DNA of 64,000 bases from the human T2T-CHM13v2.0 reference genome, Homo sapiens, in the NCBI RefSeq assembly GCF_009914755.1, contig NC_060929.1. The stretch is one strand, 5' to 3'. The stretch's first letter is position 1; each line of letters begins with the position of its first letter. This document shows, piece by piece, positions 30,560-42,364 of this stretch. The notes under the pieces are model-generated. The model searched no databases and was not told the origin of the DNA. It saw only the letters and a program-made list of their open reading frames with translations. Made by a program: the position numbers and the translations under genes.

Positions 30560-30682
30560 CTTGTCTCCCATCTGCCTGATATTCATCTGGATAGATCCAA
30601 TTTGATATGTCTCCCTTTATGATCCATGGCTCTTCTCCTTGTTCCAACTTGGAGATGACATCTGGTTTGGAAACTGGATACC
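30560..30682 (-). CDS. ZNF300: ZNF300 KRAB-B exon (123 nt, extended, non-canonical donor)
   Basis: tttaatag|GG TAT CCA GTT TCC AAA CCA GAT... [20 protein letters not shown]...[13 protein letters not shown]; ends CAAG|GGAAGT. Confidence 0.85.
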
Positions 30683-30905
30683 CTATTAAACAGAAATCAC
30701 AGAGAATTGAGATTGACTGCACTGAAGGAAAAAGAGAAGGTGCAGTTTCAGATGGTCTACAATAAAGCTGTCCAGTTAGCCCTCAACAAAGGCATAACCT
30801 CCATTTGCAAAGGTATGAAGGTCATAAAAGTCATGACATATGTCAGGAACAATCTAATCACAGCAACTAGTAAGGAAAGGCACTTGATTGGACAACTCTG
30901 AGTTA

Positions 30906-31238
<333 letters not shown>

Positions 31239-31364
31239 CTAATACATATAGTAATTTCATACATTTTAAAGGCAGCATCCAAATAACTGGGAGGAAGATG
31301 GATTATTGGATGAATCGTTTTGAAACAATGAATAGTAAAGAGGAAAAGAATAATGCTGAAGAAA

Positions 31365-31763
31365 TATTATGGGTTGAGTTGTATCTCCTGAATATTTATA
31401 TGTTGAAGTCCTAACCCCCAGTACCTCAAAATGTGATATGACTTGGAAACAGGGTCATTGCAGATATACCTAGCCATATGAGGTATTTAGGGTGAAACTG
31501 AATCCAATATGATCTGTGTCCTCATCCAAAGGGGGAAATTTGAACACAAAGACATGCATAGAGGGAAGATAATGCAAAGAGAAAAAAGAAGATAGTTATA
31601 AAGAAGCCAAGGAGAGAGGCATGAAACAAATACATCCCTCACAGTCCTGAAGAACAACCTTGATTTTGGACTTCTAGCCTCCAGAACTATGAGACTAAAT
31701 TTCTATTGTTTAAGCCACCCAGTTTGTGGTACTTTGTCACAGCAATCCTAGCAAACCAATACA
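31365..31763 (+). mobile_element. MLT1 (MaLR) LTR
   Basis: tattatgggttgagttgtatctcc...ttggacttctagcctccagaact...aagccacccagtttgtggtactttg...aataca. Confidence 0.85.
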
Positions 31764-32399
31764 CTATATAATACCTGGGAAAAAGAATAGATTCTGATGG
31801 AATAAAAATTTAAACTCTAAAAAGTACTAAAGGCCATAAAAGTAACAAAATAAGACACAGGAGAATTTTAATTAATGATTATAGAGCAGAAATGCCCTTT
31901 GTAAGTACATTTTTTTTTAAAAAAAGAAAAGCTACATTTAGAGAATCATAGAATGTCAGAGCTCTAGAAGATCATTAATCTAATCTCTTTATTTCATAGG
32001 AAAATGATCTTAGCTTCCCCCAAATGTAATAGCTTTCTTATATACATACAATAGTTAGTAATAGAATGAATATACCAATTACAGTAGCAACAAAAAATAA
32101 GGAATCCCAAATGATAAACTCAACAAAAATGTACAGAAAACATTAATGAAGAAACCACAACAAATTAGTGACATAACATCAAAAATGAATTTGGGTAAGA
32201 GTAGAGTTATAAAATGTTTCTGGAGGGAACATTGACTATTTTAATTATGTCACCATTATCCTCACAATAGTTGTTAACTAATAGCAGAAACTAATCTAAT
32301 AGTGATCTGTATTATTTTAAATAAATTGTTCAGACTTTTTCCCCAAATATTCCATAATTACCAAACACCACTTTCAGAATGAAAATGATTATTTCAAAT

Positions 32400-33190
32400 G
32401 TCAACATTGCCTGCTTAAAAGCCTCCTTTGTTTTCTTCTTTGCTAACACAGTCTCATCTCAGTCATCTCAAATCTCAAGCTTTCTCTCATCCCACACCAA
32501 TTCCATATTCACTCTGTCAAGCTGCCAAACAGTTAGTTGTCCATAACAATCCTGTTAATTTTCCTATTGTACATATAAGAAAACTGAGGATTACAGTGGT
32601 TAAGTAAATACTTGCCAAAGATGATTACATACTAAATATATGATTGATGAACTCTCTTATCTGCAAGATTTATTCTCAATAGTCTAGGTTCTTGACTACT
32701 GCAGTCCAAACTGCCTCCCTGATACTGTAAACATCATGATCTTTTATATTTTATCACTTCAATACCAACCTTAGTCGACCTTTCCATGAAGCACTCTCCA
32801 TTTTAGTTTCAAAATTCTCAGCCTTCCTAAAATCACTCTGCCCTTTCTACTTTTACAAATGCTGCTTCCTGTCCTCAGCCTACTTCCCTCATGAGCCAAA
32901 GTTCAATAATCATTTAAGCCTATTACCTACTTCCTTAGAAATCTGGTTGTTCCCCCCTCTCTGCTATAACAGTACCTGCTCCCATGTCTGCTACAGAACT
33001 TTTATGTGTTAATGTTAGTTTCTACATCTCTTTACATCTCTGCCGATGTGTTAATGTTGGTTTCTACATCTCTTTTTTCTCTGCAGTCCTTCCAGAAGAA
33101 AACTATACGTAAATCTGCTCAGGATATTCAACAGCTAGCCAGTGCATATGACATATACTGGGTACTTAAGAAACGTTTGTTAAATGAATC
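32400..33190 (+). mobile_element. L2 3' region (interrupted by a MIR piece)
   Basis: Ends ...cagctagccagtgcatatgacatatactgggtacttaagaaacgtttgttaaatgaat, resembling the L2 terminus. Confidence 0.6.
33087..33138 (+). CDS. IRGM: IRGM terminal coding exon (IRGMb-type tail, (I)PSRRKLYVNLLRIFNS*)
   Basis: tcttttttctctgcag|T CCT TCC AGA...AGC TAG; phase 2 matches the 12083-12144 donor; peptide matches the recalled IRGMb end. Confidence 0.8.
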
Positions 33191-33206
33191 ATGATTATAA
33201 AGAAAA

Positions 33207-33217
33207 AATAAATTAAA
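33207..33217 (+). terminator. IRGM: Poly(A) signals AATAAA/ATTAAA for the long IRGM isoform
   Basis: aataaattaaa about 70 nt after the TAG, followed by GT/T-rich sequence. Confidence 0.65.
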
Positions 33218-33719
33218 ACTTATGTTTAGTTAAACACTGTTTTGTGTATTAGTCTAATTTGTTTTATCTGAAGAAAAGTAACATAAGAAAGATAATAAAT
33301 GTGGAATACAGAGGAAATCCATTCTGAGAGGTAAATTCATAGATGTTATCATTCTAACATTCTGATTTTGCTTTATTAATGATACCCAAATGCTTCAAAA
33401 TAATAAGTAGGTATAAATTTCTTAATTTTGAGGAAAATATAGTACATAATCAGTGAAAAATTATACTTTTGTCAACTACAAACAATTTTTACAGCTCAGG
33501 TCCCTGGGGAAATGGAAGTGCTATTAAGTGATGGAAGAAATGAAAGGGAAGTAGGTGTTAAAGGCTGAAAAGGAGGATATGTGTAAAAACGACTTCACTT
33601 CTGGATGGTAGGGAACTAATATACAGCCCTCTTCCTGAAGGAAGAAGCATTTAATCAACTAATTAGCCACAGCAGTTGGATTTACTGGGCTAAGTAAAAA
33701 ATCCATTCTCCCTCAAAGC

Positions 33720-33998
33720 AGTGCTGTGTAACAGAAATATAAAGCTAACCAGATAGGTAAGTTTACATTTTCTAGGAACCACATTCAAAAAATTATTTTC
33801 AATAATATACATTTATTCCCATATATTACTCAAGATATCGTTTCAACATGGAATCCTTAAAAACTACTAGTGAGTTTTTTGGAAATATAACTTTGAAATC
33901 TGGTATGTACTTAACATATCTCAATTCAGACTAGCCAATTTCAAGTGTTCAGTAACCACATTTGGCTGATGGCTACTATATTAGACAGCACGGCTCTA
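33720..33998. mobile_element. MER3/MER33-type hAT DNA transposon
   Basis: cagtgctgtgtaacagaaatata...gtaaccacatttggctgatggctactatattagacagcac. Confidence 0.65.
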
Positions 33999-34961
33999 AA
34001 ACAAAGCTACTGAAATCCAAAAACAAAAACAACAATGAAAAAATCTTTTTGCAATAGAACTCTAAACTCTACTGTAAAATATACACAAGGACTCCTAATG
34101 TAAAAGCTGATTTCAAGATTTCACAACGATAATCATAATGATGATGTAATAACAGCTGACACTTAAATATATCAGTACAAACCATGCCCCAGTTATGGTT
34201 TTAAGCATGGTTTTTACTCAATTCTCACAACAACCCTATGGGGATTATAATCTCTATCTGTAAGATGAAGAAACAATCCCAGGCAACCAGGCCACAAGGA
34301 AATATTATGCATCTGATAAAATAGTAAAGGAGAATTCTATGTACTGATATGGAAAAAGATATTCTAAGTGTATACAAAAGACCTTTATATTGGACAGTAA
34401 GTTAAAAATCAGGTTGCAGAACAAAATATTTACTATAACCTTCTTTTTCCAAAAGAAAAGCGCAAGAAAATAAGAGACATTCTCACACATTTGTACTTCT
34501 ACATATAAACTGTTAATCAATCACAGTTATATTCATATCAAAAAAGGTTTGGAAGGTTAGAAGCAATGGTTAACACTGATTATCCTGGGAGAAGGTGAGT
34601 TTAAGTTAAAAGGTCTCTCTGTTTTAAATTTTTATCTTTTATATAATTTTAAATGTTTATATGCCAATGCTGGCAGAAAGAAAAAATAATACAAACTTTT
34701 AAAAATGGGAGAGCAAAGAAGGAACAGCCTTGAACTTGACACTAATCCTACAAATTCTGAAAGCACAGCAAAAGATATGGAGCATCAGGGACCTTTGCCC
34801 TCCAAAGATTTGCCAGATAAATATAATTTAAGAATGGCTTTTTTGAGAGAAATACATAGTTTAGAAAAACATTCAAAATGTGCCTATCTTACGTTAATGA
34901 ATTTACCTGTGGATAAAGCTGGACAATAGGAAGCATCTGTAATCAATTTGTTCCTTGAAAG

Positions 34962-35170
34962 CAGGGGTCAACAAACTTTTTCAGTAAAGTTTACATTTTT
35001 GGCATTGCAGGCCATACGGTTTCTGTTGTAACTACTCAACTCTGCCATTGTAGCTAGAAAAAAGCTATAGACAACATGTAAACAAACAGCATGGCTGTGC
35101 TCCATAAAACTTTCTTTATAAAAACAGTTGGAGAATGGGATTTGGCCCATGGCAATAATTTGCCAACCCT
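34962..35170. mobile_element. MER58-type hAT DNA transposon
   Basis: TIRs caggggtcaacaaact...tttgccaaccct. Confidence 0.8.
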
Positions 35171-35638
35171 CACTCAAGAATAAGGTTCAAGGAGTTTGGC
35201 TAGACATTATGATACATCCCCTCTAAAAAAGATCGTTTTAAGACACCACTACAAGAAACCTACTGTGGCATTTAGCAAAGGAGTGTTGGTGAGAACACTG
35301 TGCACTCCACCTCCTAGAGTAAAAGCCAAAAAGGAATTTATTTTTAGTCTTATATGGCTAGAAACATTTTCTTAACATGGGAAATTTATCTTTCTCTTTA
35401 GGGAAATGCAAATCGTGTAACTCATGATGTCTGCAAGTAAGATCAGAACAATTAGTACATTAATTTATAAAAATGGTTGCCAGCCAGGTTTTTTACATAT
35501 TACCTAGAAACTCTTTCGAGGTCTTGATCTTTGTTGTTACCACCTTTTCCTTCATCCAGATTTTAGCTAACTTTACTTTCCATTTGATTGTATGAAAAAC
35601 CAAAGAAGAATTTTTTTTTTTTTTAAAAAGCAACTCAC

Positions 35639-35653
35639 CTGGGACTTCATCAT
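35639..35653 (-). CDS. ZNF300: ZNF300 start-codon exon (MMKSQ); exon spans 35639-35680
   Basis: gctttttcag|...aaaaATG ATG AAG TCC CAG|gtgagt, phase 0 into KRAB-A. Confidence 0.9.
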
Positions 35654-36361
35654 TTTTTGCTCTTCCAAAAGGCCAGATGACTGAAAAAGCAAAACTGGTG
35701 ATCAGAATGTTTTTCATAGTCCAAACCCAGACTGCAGCTTTCACATTCACCAATCTTGCAACAACTAACATCAGAAGTCAAGTAACTAATGGGCTACCCT
35801 GTGGGATAAGGTTGTTTGAGCCTTACAGAAGTCTCAGCAGGCACCATGTGGAGGAGGGATCATTCTTTACTCCTCTTGTACCTATAATATGATCACATAG
35901 AAGTTGACCAAGGTTTTATAATTGGATAGATGTGAAGATATGTTTCCAGTTGATTTACTAACAACTTACTGTTCCCCTTGGGAATCAGCAATTCTATTTA
36001 TAGAAGATTTTCATGAGGCAATAATCATGGATAGCTATATAAGGATATAAGTGAAGATGGAGCTCCTTGGCAGTAAGAATGGGAATGACCAAATGGAAAA
36101 CTGAGGCATGTGTTCCCTATTCCTAAAAAGAACCAGCAGCTGAATTCCAACAATTTTCCAAGAACTCTCTTATATTTTCCCCCAACTTAGAAAACTCTTG
36201 CTAAATCAATGTGCATGAACTCAAAGGTTAATTTTAAGATGTTTTCTGTTTAAATTTTTATTGCTCTTTTTCAACAGCTCTATTGTCTGTATACAAAAAT
36301 GGTGATAGGTTGGAACCACTGGAAAAAAAAAGAGTATACCACAATGCAGGAAGGTAAATAC

Positions 36362-36475
36362 CTGGTAAATTTTCCTCAGTCCCAGGACAAGTCATGCAGA
36401 CAGAGCTGAACTATTTCAGAGGACGTGGGGGCTCCCATGACAGACAGATTATTTTATATGGGGGTATCAAAACAT
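36362..36475 (-). other. ZNF300: Candidate ZNF300 5' UTR exon
   Basis: cttttgtttccttccag| ... ccag|gtattt. Confidence 0.5.
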
Positions 36476-37289
36476 CTGGAAGGAAACAAAAGAAACAATC
36501 ATACTCATCTCTGGATATCCCGCAGATGCTCAATAAATGTCTCTTGAATAAAATATAAAATGATTTAAATAAACTTAGAAAGTGGAGAACTGAAATCAAA
36601 CTTTTAATTATGATTTTATCAGTTTTGATTTGTTTGGTCTTGTTTTAAAATGACCATTTGATGGGGGTACCATCAGAAATGCTTAGTGGGCAATGGTAGA
36701 CTAAGAAAAGATGTGAAAAGGGGTTGACCTTTAAGAACTCAAACAGTTGCCTATGACCTGTGGAAATTTAACGTTAAGTAAAGGCCTTCCCCAGTAAAAT
36801 GTGGCTGACCACCATGACACCGTGGCCCCATTACTGTCCCCATCTAAATCTCGGAATTCTCAGGCCTAGTAATCATATACCCTACTGAACTCCCCCATGT
36901 CCATCACATCACTGAACACATGGACGCCCCCATCATTTAGTCCATAGCCTCCCATCACTGATTCCTCAGAGTCCCCTAAATCACTGAACCCAGTTAAACC
37001 CACCAGTCAGTCCACCTGCAAGCCATTCCTGACCTAATAGACACCCCCTCACCTCTCACTTCCCTGTTACTAATCACATCTCGGACTCCCACATAAATCC
37101 AACATTAATCCCACCTACTTCCCCCACCAGTGATTTCATAAACCTCCTACCACTGACCCTCACGGGCTCCTCTCCTCCCATTACCAATCCCACAGACTCA
37201 CCCTTCACCGCACACATCCCGCCTCTGACTCCCAGCTCGATTATCAGGTCCCAAAACCACCATCACCGCTTAATGGGAACCGCTGTCAC

Positions 37290-37580
37290 ATCCCTATTGG
37301 CAAACTCTCCTGCTTCCTGTCCGCGAGCACCACACCGGGCTCCCGAGGCTGCGCCGTTCCGTACTGGGCGGTTTTGCCCGTTCCGCATCTTCAGAGGCTT
37401 TGTTCAGGAAGCAACATGGCTGCTCCCTGGAGCTGTTTCCGCATGGGGCCGCCATCTTGAGAGCCCGGTCGTCTTCGTACTAGCGGAGGATTCGCCCAGT
37501 GCTGAGCCCGAGAATGGGCTGTACCACAGCGGCAGCGAAGGGAGGGGAAGGCGACGGAAAGGAGGCCTGCGAAAGGAGCA
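37290..37580 (-). promoter_or_regulatory. ZNF300: ZNF300 CpG-rich promoter/first exon with YY1 motif
   Basis: The main non-Alu CpG-rich patch in the window; AAGATGGCGGCC on the minus strand at 37447-37458; ETS-like CAGGAAG motifs; candidate donor GTGAGT at 37201-37196. Confidence 0.8.
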
Positions 37581-39330
37581 TTAAGGAGCACACTTTTGCA
37601 GAAAGATTTTACAAGGGGGATTGAAGAGGAAGTTGGAGTGAACCTTCCTCTATTGGAAGCATGCTTCTGACGAAAGGGGAGGAATTTTAGATGGTACCAT
37701 GGACGTGTTTGTGAATGGTACAGCCCCATGCCGGGAGATTCGACTGCTCAGAGGGGAAGCGTGGAATGGTGCGGTCCTCTCCAGGGAGATTTCACTGTGG
37801 GAGAGAGGGACAAAATCTGGGGGCTGAACAATCATTGTGTACTGTAATTATGCCAATAACAACGGTAAGGAATCCTTATAAGGGAATTTGATATTGCAGT
37901 AATAAGTAATAAGAGGTCGACTGAAGGAAAAAGGGAAATTAAGAGCAGGGAAGAGGAGACTGAGGCACAAAGAGAGGGAAGTGAGAAGCAGAGAATCAGA
38001 GAGAAAATGGGGGAAATGGGGACAAAGGAGCCAGCCTAGAAAGGAGGAGAGACGGGAGACTGAAGAGAAAAAAATAGACATAGGAATAGAAGTGGGGATC
38101 TAAGGGGTAGAGCGTGGTAGACAGACAGATTGAGACAGAAAAGAGACTTGAAAATTGGAACAGACATAAGGGAGAGACTGAGAAGGTTAGATTTCAGAAA
38201 CAACAACAACAACATGATTTTTTAAAAATGAACCAGCCAAAGAGAATACTAAAATTGTTATCTTAACCCTTAGACCTTACATCAAGCTTTAAAAAAGCAA
38301 AATGCATGTTCACAGACCAATGTTTCATTTGTATAAATGAATACAATTTTGAATCATAATTTTCACACGAGTCATGCTTTTTGATATGTTATGAAATAGG
38401 CAGCAATTTTACATTTAGCAATTTATTTCTCATGTCAAAACAAATGCACTTAGATAAGAAGACAATGTATTCAGAAAGAACACTGTTGCATTAGGAAGAA
38501 TGCTCCAATCTCAAATCTGCAAGAATCACAATATCAACAAAATGACTTTTTTTTTTTTTATAGGGAAGAGTAAGAAGGGTTAGCAGGAACTTTGTAGGGA
38601 GAAGGATATGAGATAGGGGTGTGCAGGTGGCAAAACCAGGGCATTTCTACAGAAATTGTTTCTGTTGTCATGGAATTCTGAGAATAAGCGGTTAAGGGGA
38701 GATGTTTTGAATCATAGTGCATTAGTGCAGTGTTTCAACTCAGGGGAAGCCAAAATGAAGGGGCCTGCGGGAAGGAGAGAAGTCTGACTAAAGGTTGGTC
38801 AAGACAAAGAGGATAAGAAATAGTTGGTTGTGAACACTTAACCTCTTCATCTCTATTTAGACTTCCACAGTTATATCAATATTTATTTCTTGACTTGAGC
38901 TTAAGACAGTGTAGACACTGAGTTTAGTGGTAAAGGTATATAGTAATGATTAATTCAGATACCTCACCCTCAAGGAGTGATGCCAGTGGAAGTTGTAGAG
39001 TCAGGAAAAGGCCAGACTCTACTACTATTCCTATGCGGAGAGCCTTGTAGGAATTGTAAAAACTTTAGTTCTTCATCTTAAGAATTACGGAAAGCTGTCC
39101 TTATGTAGTACCTAATTTAAAAAGAAGATGTTGAAGGAACAGGAAGCCTCCCTCATAATGAAAGGAAGAAAATTAAAGCCATAGTACAATACCATTTCCC
39201 ATCTATTTGCTTATAAAATATTTTCTAAGTTTGGCAACACTGTTAGGCCATGGGAAATATCATGTGTTACTGGTGGGACAGCAAACTTACAGCCCTCTTT
39301 AGAGGGTTTGGCAATATCTAGCAAAACTAC

Positions 39331-39940
39331 ATGTATTAGTTATCTATTGCTGTGTAACAAATTACCCAAAACTTAGCAACTTGAAATTATAAATATTTAT
39401 TGTCGCATAGTTTCTGTGAGTCAAGAATGGGAACAGCTGGGCTGGGTGGTTCAGGTTTAGTCTCTCGTGATGTTGCAATCAAGCCATAGGCCAGGGCTGC
39501 AATTATTTCAAGGCTCAATTGTAGGAGGATATGCTTCCAAACTCAATCAAATAGCTGTGGGCAAGCCTCAGAATATCAGTTTCCAAGCTTGCTCACATGG
39601 CTGCTTACGGGCCTCAGTTCCTCACTATGTGGGCCCTTCCTTAGGCTACCTTATTGTTTTCATGATATGGCAGGTGTCTTCCCTCTCTCTAAGGCTGCCT
39701 CATGATATGATAGCTGACTTCTGTACAGTCCAAGTGAGTCAAGGGGGAGAGAACACACACAAAACAGAAGCCACAGGCTTCTTATAACCTAAATTGGAAG
39801 TGGCATCTGATTATTTTTTCTGTATTCTGTTGGCTAGAAGTGAGGCACTCAGGCCAGCCGATAATCAAATGAATGGGAATTGAGCTCCACCTCTTAAGGA
39901 GGATTATCAAAGAATGTATGGACATATCTCTAAAACCACG
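39331..39940 (-). mobile_element. MLT1 (MaLR) LTR
   Basis: tgtattagttatctattgctgtgtaacaaattacccaaaacttagc... Confidence 0.8.
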
Positions 39941-40369
39941 GCACTACATAATTTTTACCCTATGATTCAGAAACCCCACTTGAAGAATATATCCCAAAGA
40001 TACATTCTTCACAATAAAAAATAGCCAAAAGATTATTGCAAAACTGTTTTTAATACCAAAAGACAGCAGATAACACAAACATTTAAAACAGTACTATTTA
40101 GCCGTGAGAGGGGTTGGAGGAGAGAGAGGGAGGGAGAAATATCTTTCTGTACTAACATGAAGTGAATTTCAGGATATAATATTATGTATCCTGAAATTAT
40201 ATTAAGGATATAATATGTTAAAAACATAAAGTGGAAAAATGAAAATATTTGCTATTACCATTTTTAACGTAAAAGTGAATGAATATGTATGTATTTATTA
40301 TATATGTGCATAACATATATATAAAAAGTTGCAGTGAGAAACGAATGAAGTAACCCCTTTCCCCAGTCC

Positions 40370-41168
40370 TTTTTATTTACAAAAGTTATGTTCTATAAAG
40401 TCATCATAAACCCTGGATTAGCAAGTACTGAACCATTGCTTCCAGGGGAAAAATAAAATTATATATATATATAAAATATTATTTTGTAAAATGAAATCCC
40501 AGCTATTATATATATATACATATACACACACACATATGTATAAACACACACATATATAGATACATATCTATCTATCTATATATATAAATCCTAAAAACAA
40601 CTTATCCTGGGTATATTTTATTTTACAAAAGAGAAAATGAGGTTTAGAAGTGTTATGAACCATTGCTTCCAGGGGAAAAATAAAATTATATATATATAAA
40701 ATATTATTTTGTAAAATGAAATCTCAGCTATTTTATATATATATACACACACACATATATATAAACACATATATATATAGATACATATATATATATAAAA
40801 TAATCCTAAAAACAGCTTATCCTGGGTAGATTTTATTTTATTTTACAAAAGAGAAAATGAGCTTTAGAAGTGTTAATTAAGCCTAATGTCACTCCATTAA
40901 CAGCTGCAGCTTCTTGTACATTACTGTGCTGCCCCTTCTGTCTCCATCCTCTGGTCTTCTCTGTATGAGAGGTGAAACAAGAAGCCAGAGTATTGCCTTG
41001 TTCTAACTCAACTGAGAATGTGCACATGAGGTGACACATTTTTGCTACTCTGTGTGTGTCTGCAAATAATTGCAAAAGTGCTGTCAGTATTGATTTTGGG
41101 GTTATAAATGGATTTTAGCAAGTAGGTGAATTTGCAGATGCAGAATTTGTGAATAATGAAGATCAACT
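40370..41168. mobile_element. TcMar-Tigger-like DNA transposon remnant
   Basis: Ends ...gtaggtgaatttgcagatgcagaatttgtgaataatgaagatcaact; family assigned by recall. Confidence 0.55.
40429..40875. repeat. Tandem duplication of about 227 bp containing (TA)n/(CA)n microsatellites
   Basis: tgaaccattgcttccaggggaaaaataaaatt at 40429 and 40656; both units end tttagaagtgtta. Confidence 0.92.
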
Positions 41169-41244
41169 AAATATATACTTACCTTAAAAATTAAAAATGA
41201 ATAATGGAAAAATAAATCATCAAATAAAACATTATCTATAAAGG

Positions 41245-41790
41245 GTGTTATTATCAATGAAAATGTAGCAAATAACCCCAAAATGTAGTGGCATAAAAAT
41301 GCACATTTGTTGTCTCACAGTTTCTGTGGGTCAGGAAGATGACATAAATTATCTAGGTTCTCTGTTTAAGGTCTCTCACAAATCTATAATCAAGTTATCA
41401 TCCAAGGATAGGGTTTCATCTGAAGGCTCAGTTGGAGAAAGATCCACTTCCAAGCTCAATTGTATGATTTTGGGAGGATTCAGTGCCTCAAGAATTATTG
41501 AACTGAGAGTATTCACTTCTTTGATAGCTGCTGGCTAGAAGCCACTCACAGTGCCTTGCCATGCAGAACTCTCTAACATGGAAACTTGCTGATTTAAGGA
41601 GGCAAGAGAAAGAGTCTATAAGGGAGATGGTAGTCACAATCTTTTATAATCTAATCATGAGATGATATCCCCTCAATGTTGCCATATTCTATTGGTTAGA
41701 AGCTACTTACTTATATGGAAGTGATTACACAAGGTCATGAATACCAGGAGGTGGGGATCATTGGTGGTCATCTTAGACACTTCCTGAGAA
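41245..41790 (-). mobile_element. MLT1 (MaLR) LTR
   Basis: caaataaccccaaaatgtagtggc...tctcacagtttctgtgggtcagg...ccacttccaagctc. Confidence 0.7.
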
Positions 41791-41969
41791 GGAAATAAGA
41801 CAGAGGGGATATAAATAGTACCCACTGTCCTTTGAATGTACCATGTCCTGTTTATTTTACTTGAGAACCACAAAAAATTTACATAATTGTAAAACAAAAT
41901 AAATTTTAGAAAATAATTCCAAACTTCTGCTTCTGGCAAAGATAAAATAACAGGGAATGAATGCAGACG

Positions 41970-42360
41970 TGTATTGGTCCATTTTCACACTGCTGATAAA
42001 GACATACCCGAGACTTGGTAATTTATAAAGAAATTACCAAAAGTAAAGTTTAATAAAGAAAAAGAGGTTTAATTGACTCACAGTTCCACGTGGCTGAGGA
42101 GGCCTCACAATCATGGTGGTAGGTGAAAGGCACATCTTACATGGTGGCAGACAAGAGAGAAGTGAGAGCCAAGCGAAAGGGGTTTCCCCTTATAAAACCA
42201 TCAGATCTCATGAGACTTATTCACTACCACAAGAACAGTATGGGGGAAACCGCCCCCATGATTCAATTTTCTCCCACTGGGTCCTTCCCACAACACATGG
42301 GAATTATGGGAGCTACAATTCAAGATGAGATTTGGGTGGAGACACAGCCGAACCATATCA
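41970..42360 (-). mobile_element. THE1 (MaLR) solo LTR
   Basis: tgtattggtccattttcacactgctgataaagacataccc...gacacagccgaaccatatca. Confidence 0.92.
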
Positions 42361-42364
42361 ACAC

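Noticed and set aside
37273-37729. ORFs across the promoter
   Set aside because: GC-rich promoter sequence yields stop-poor frames; no homology seen
38325-38830. Possible old LTR upstream of the ZNF300 promoter
   Set aside because: Could not assign a family or termini by eye
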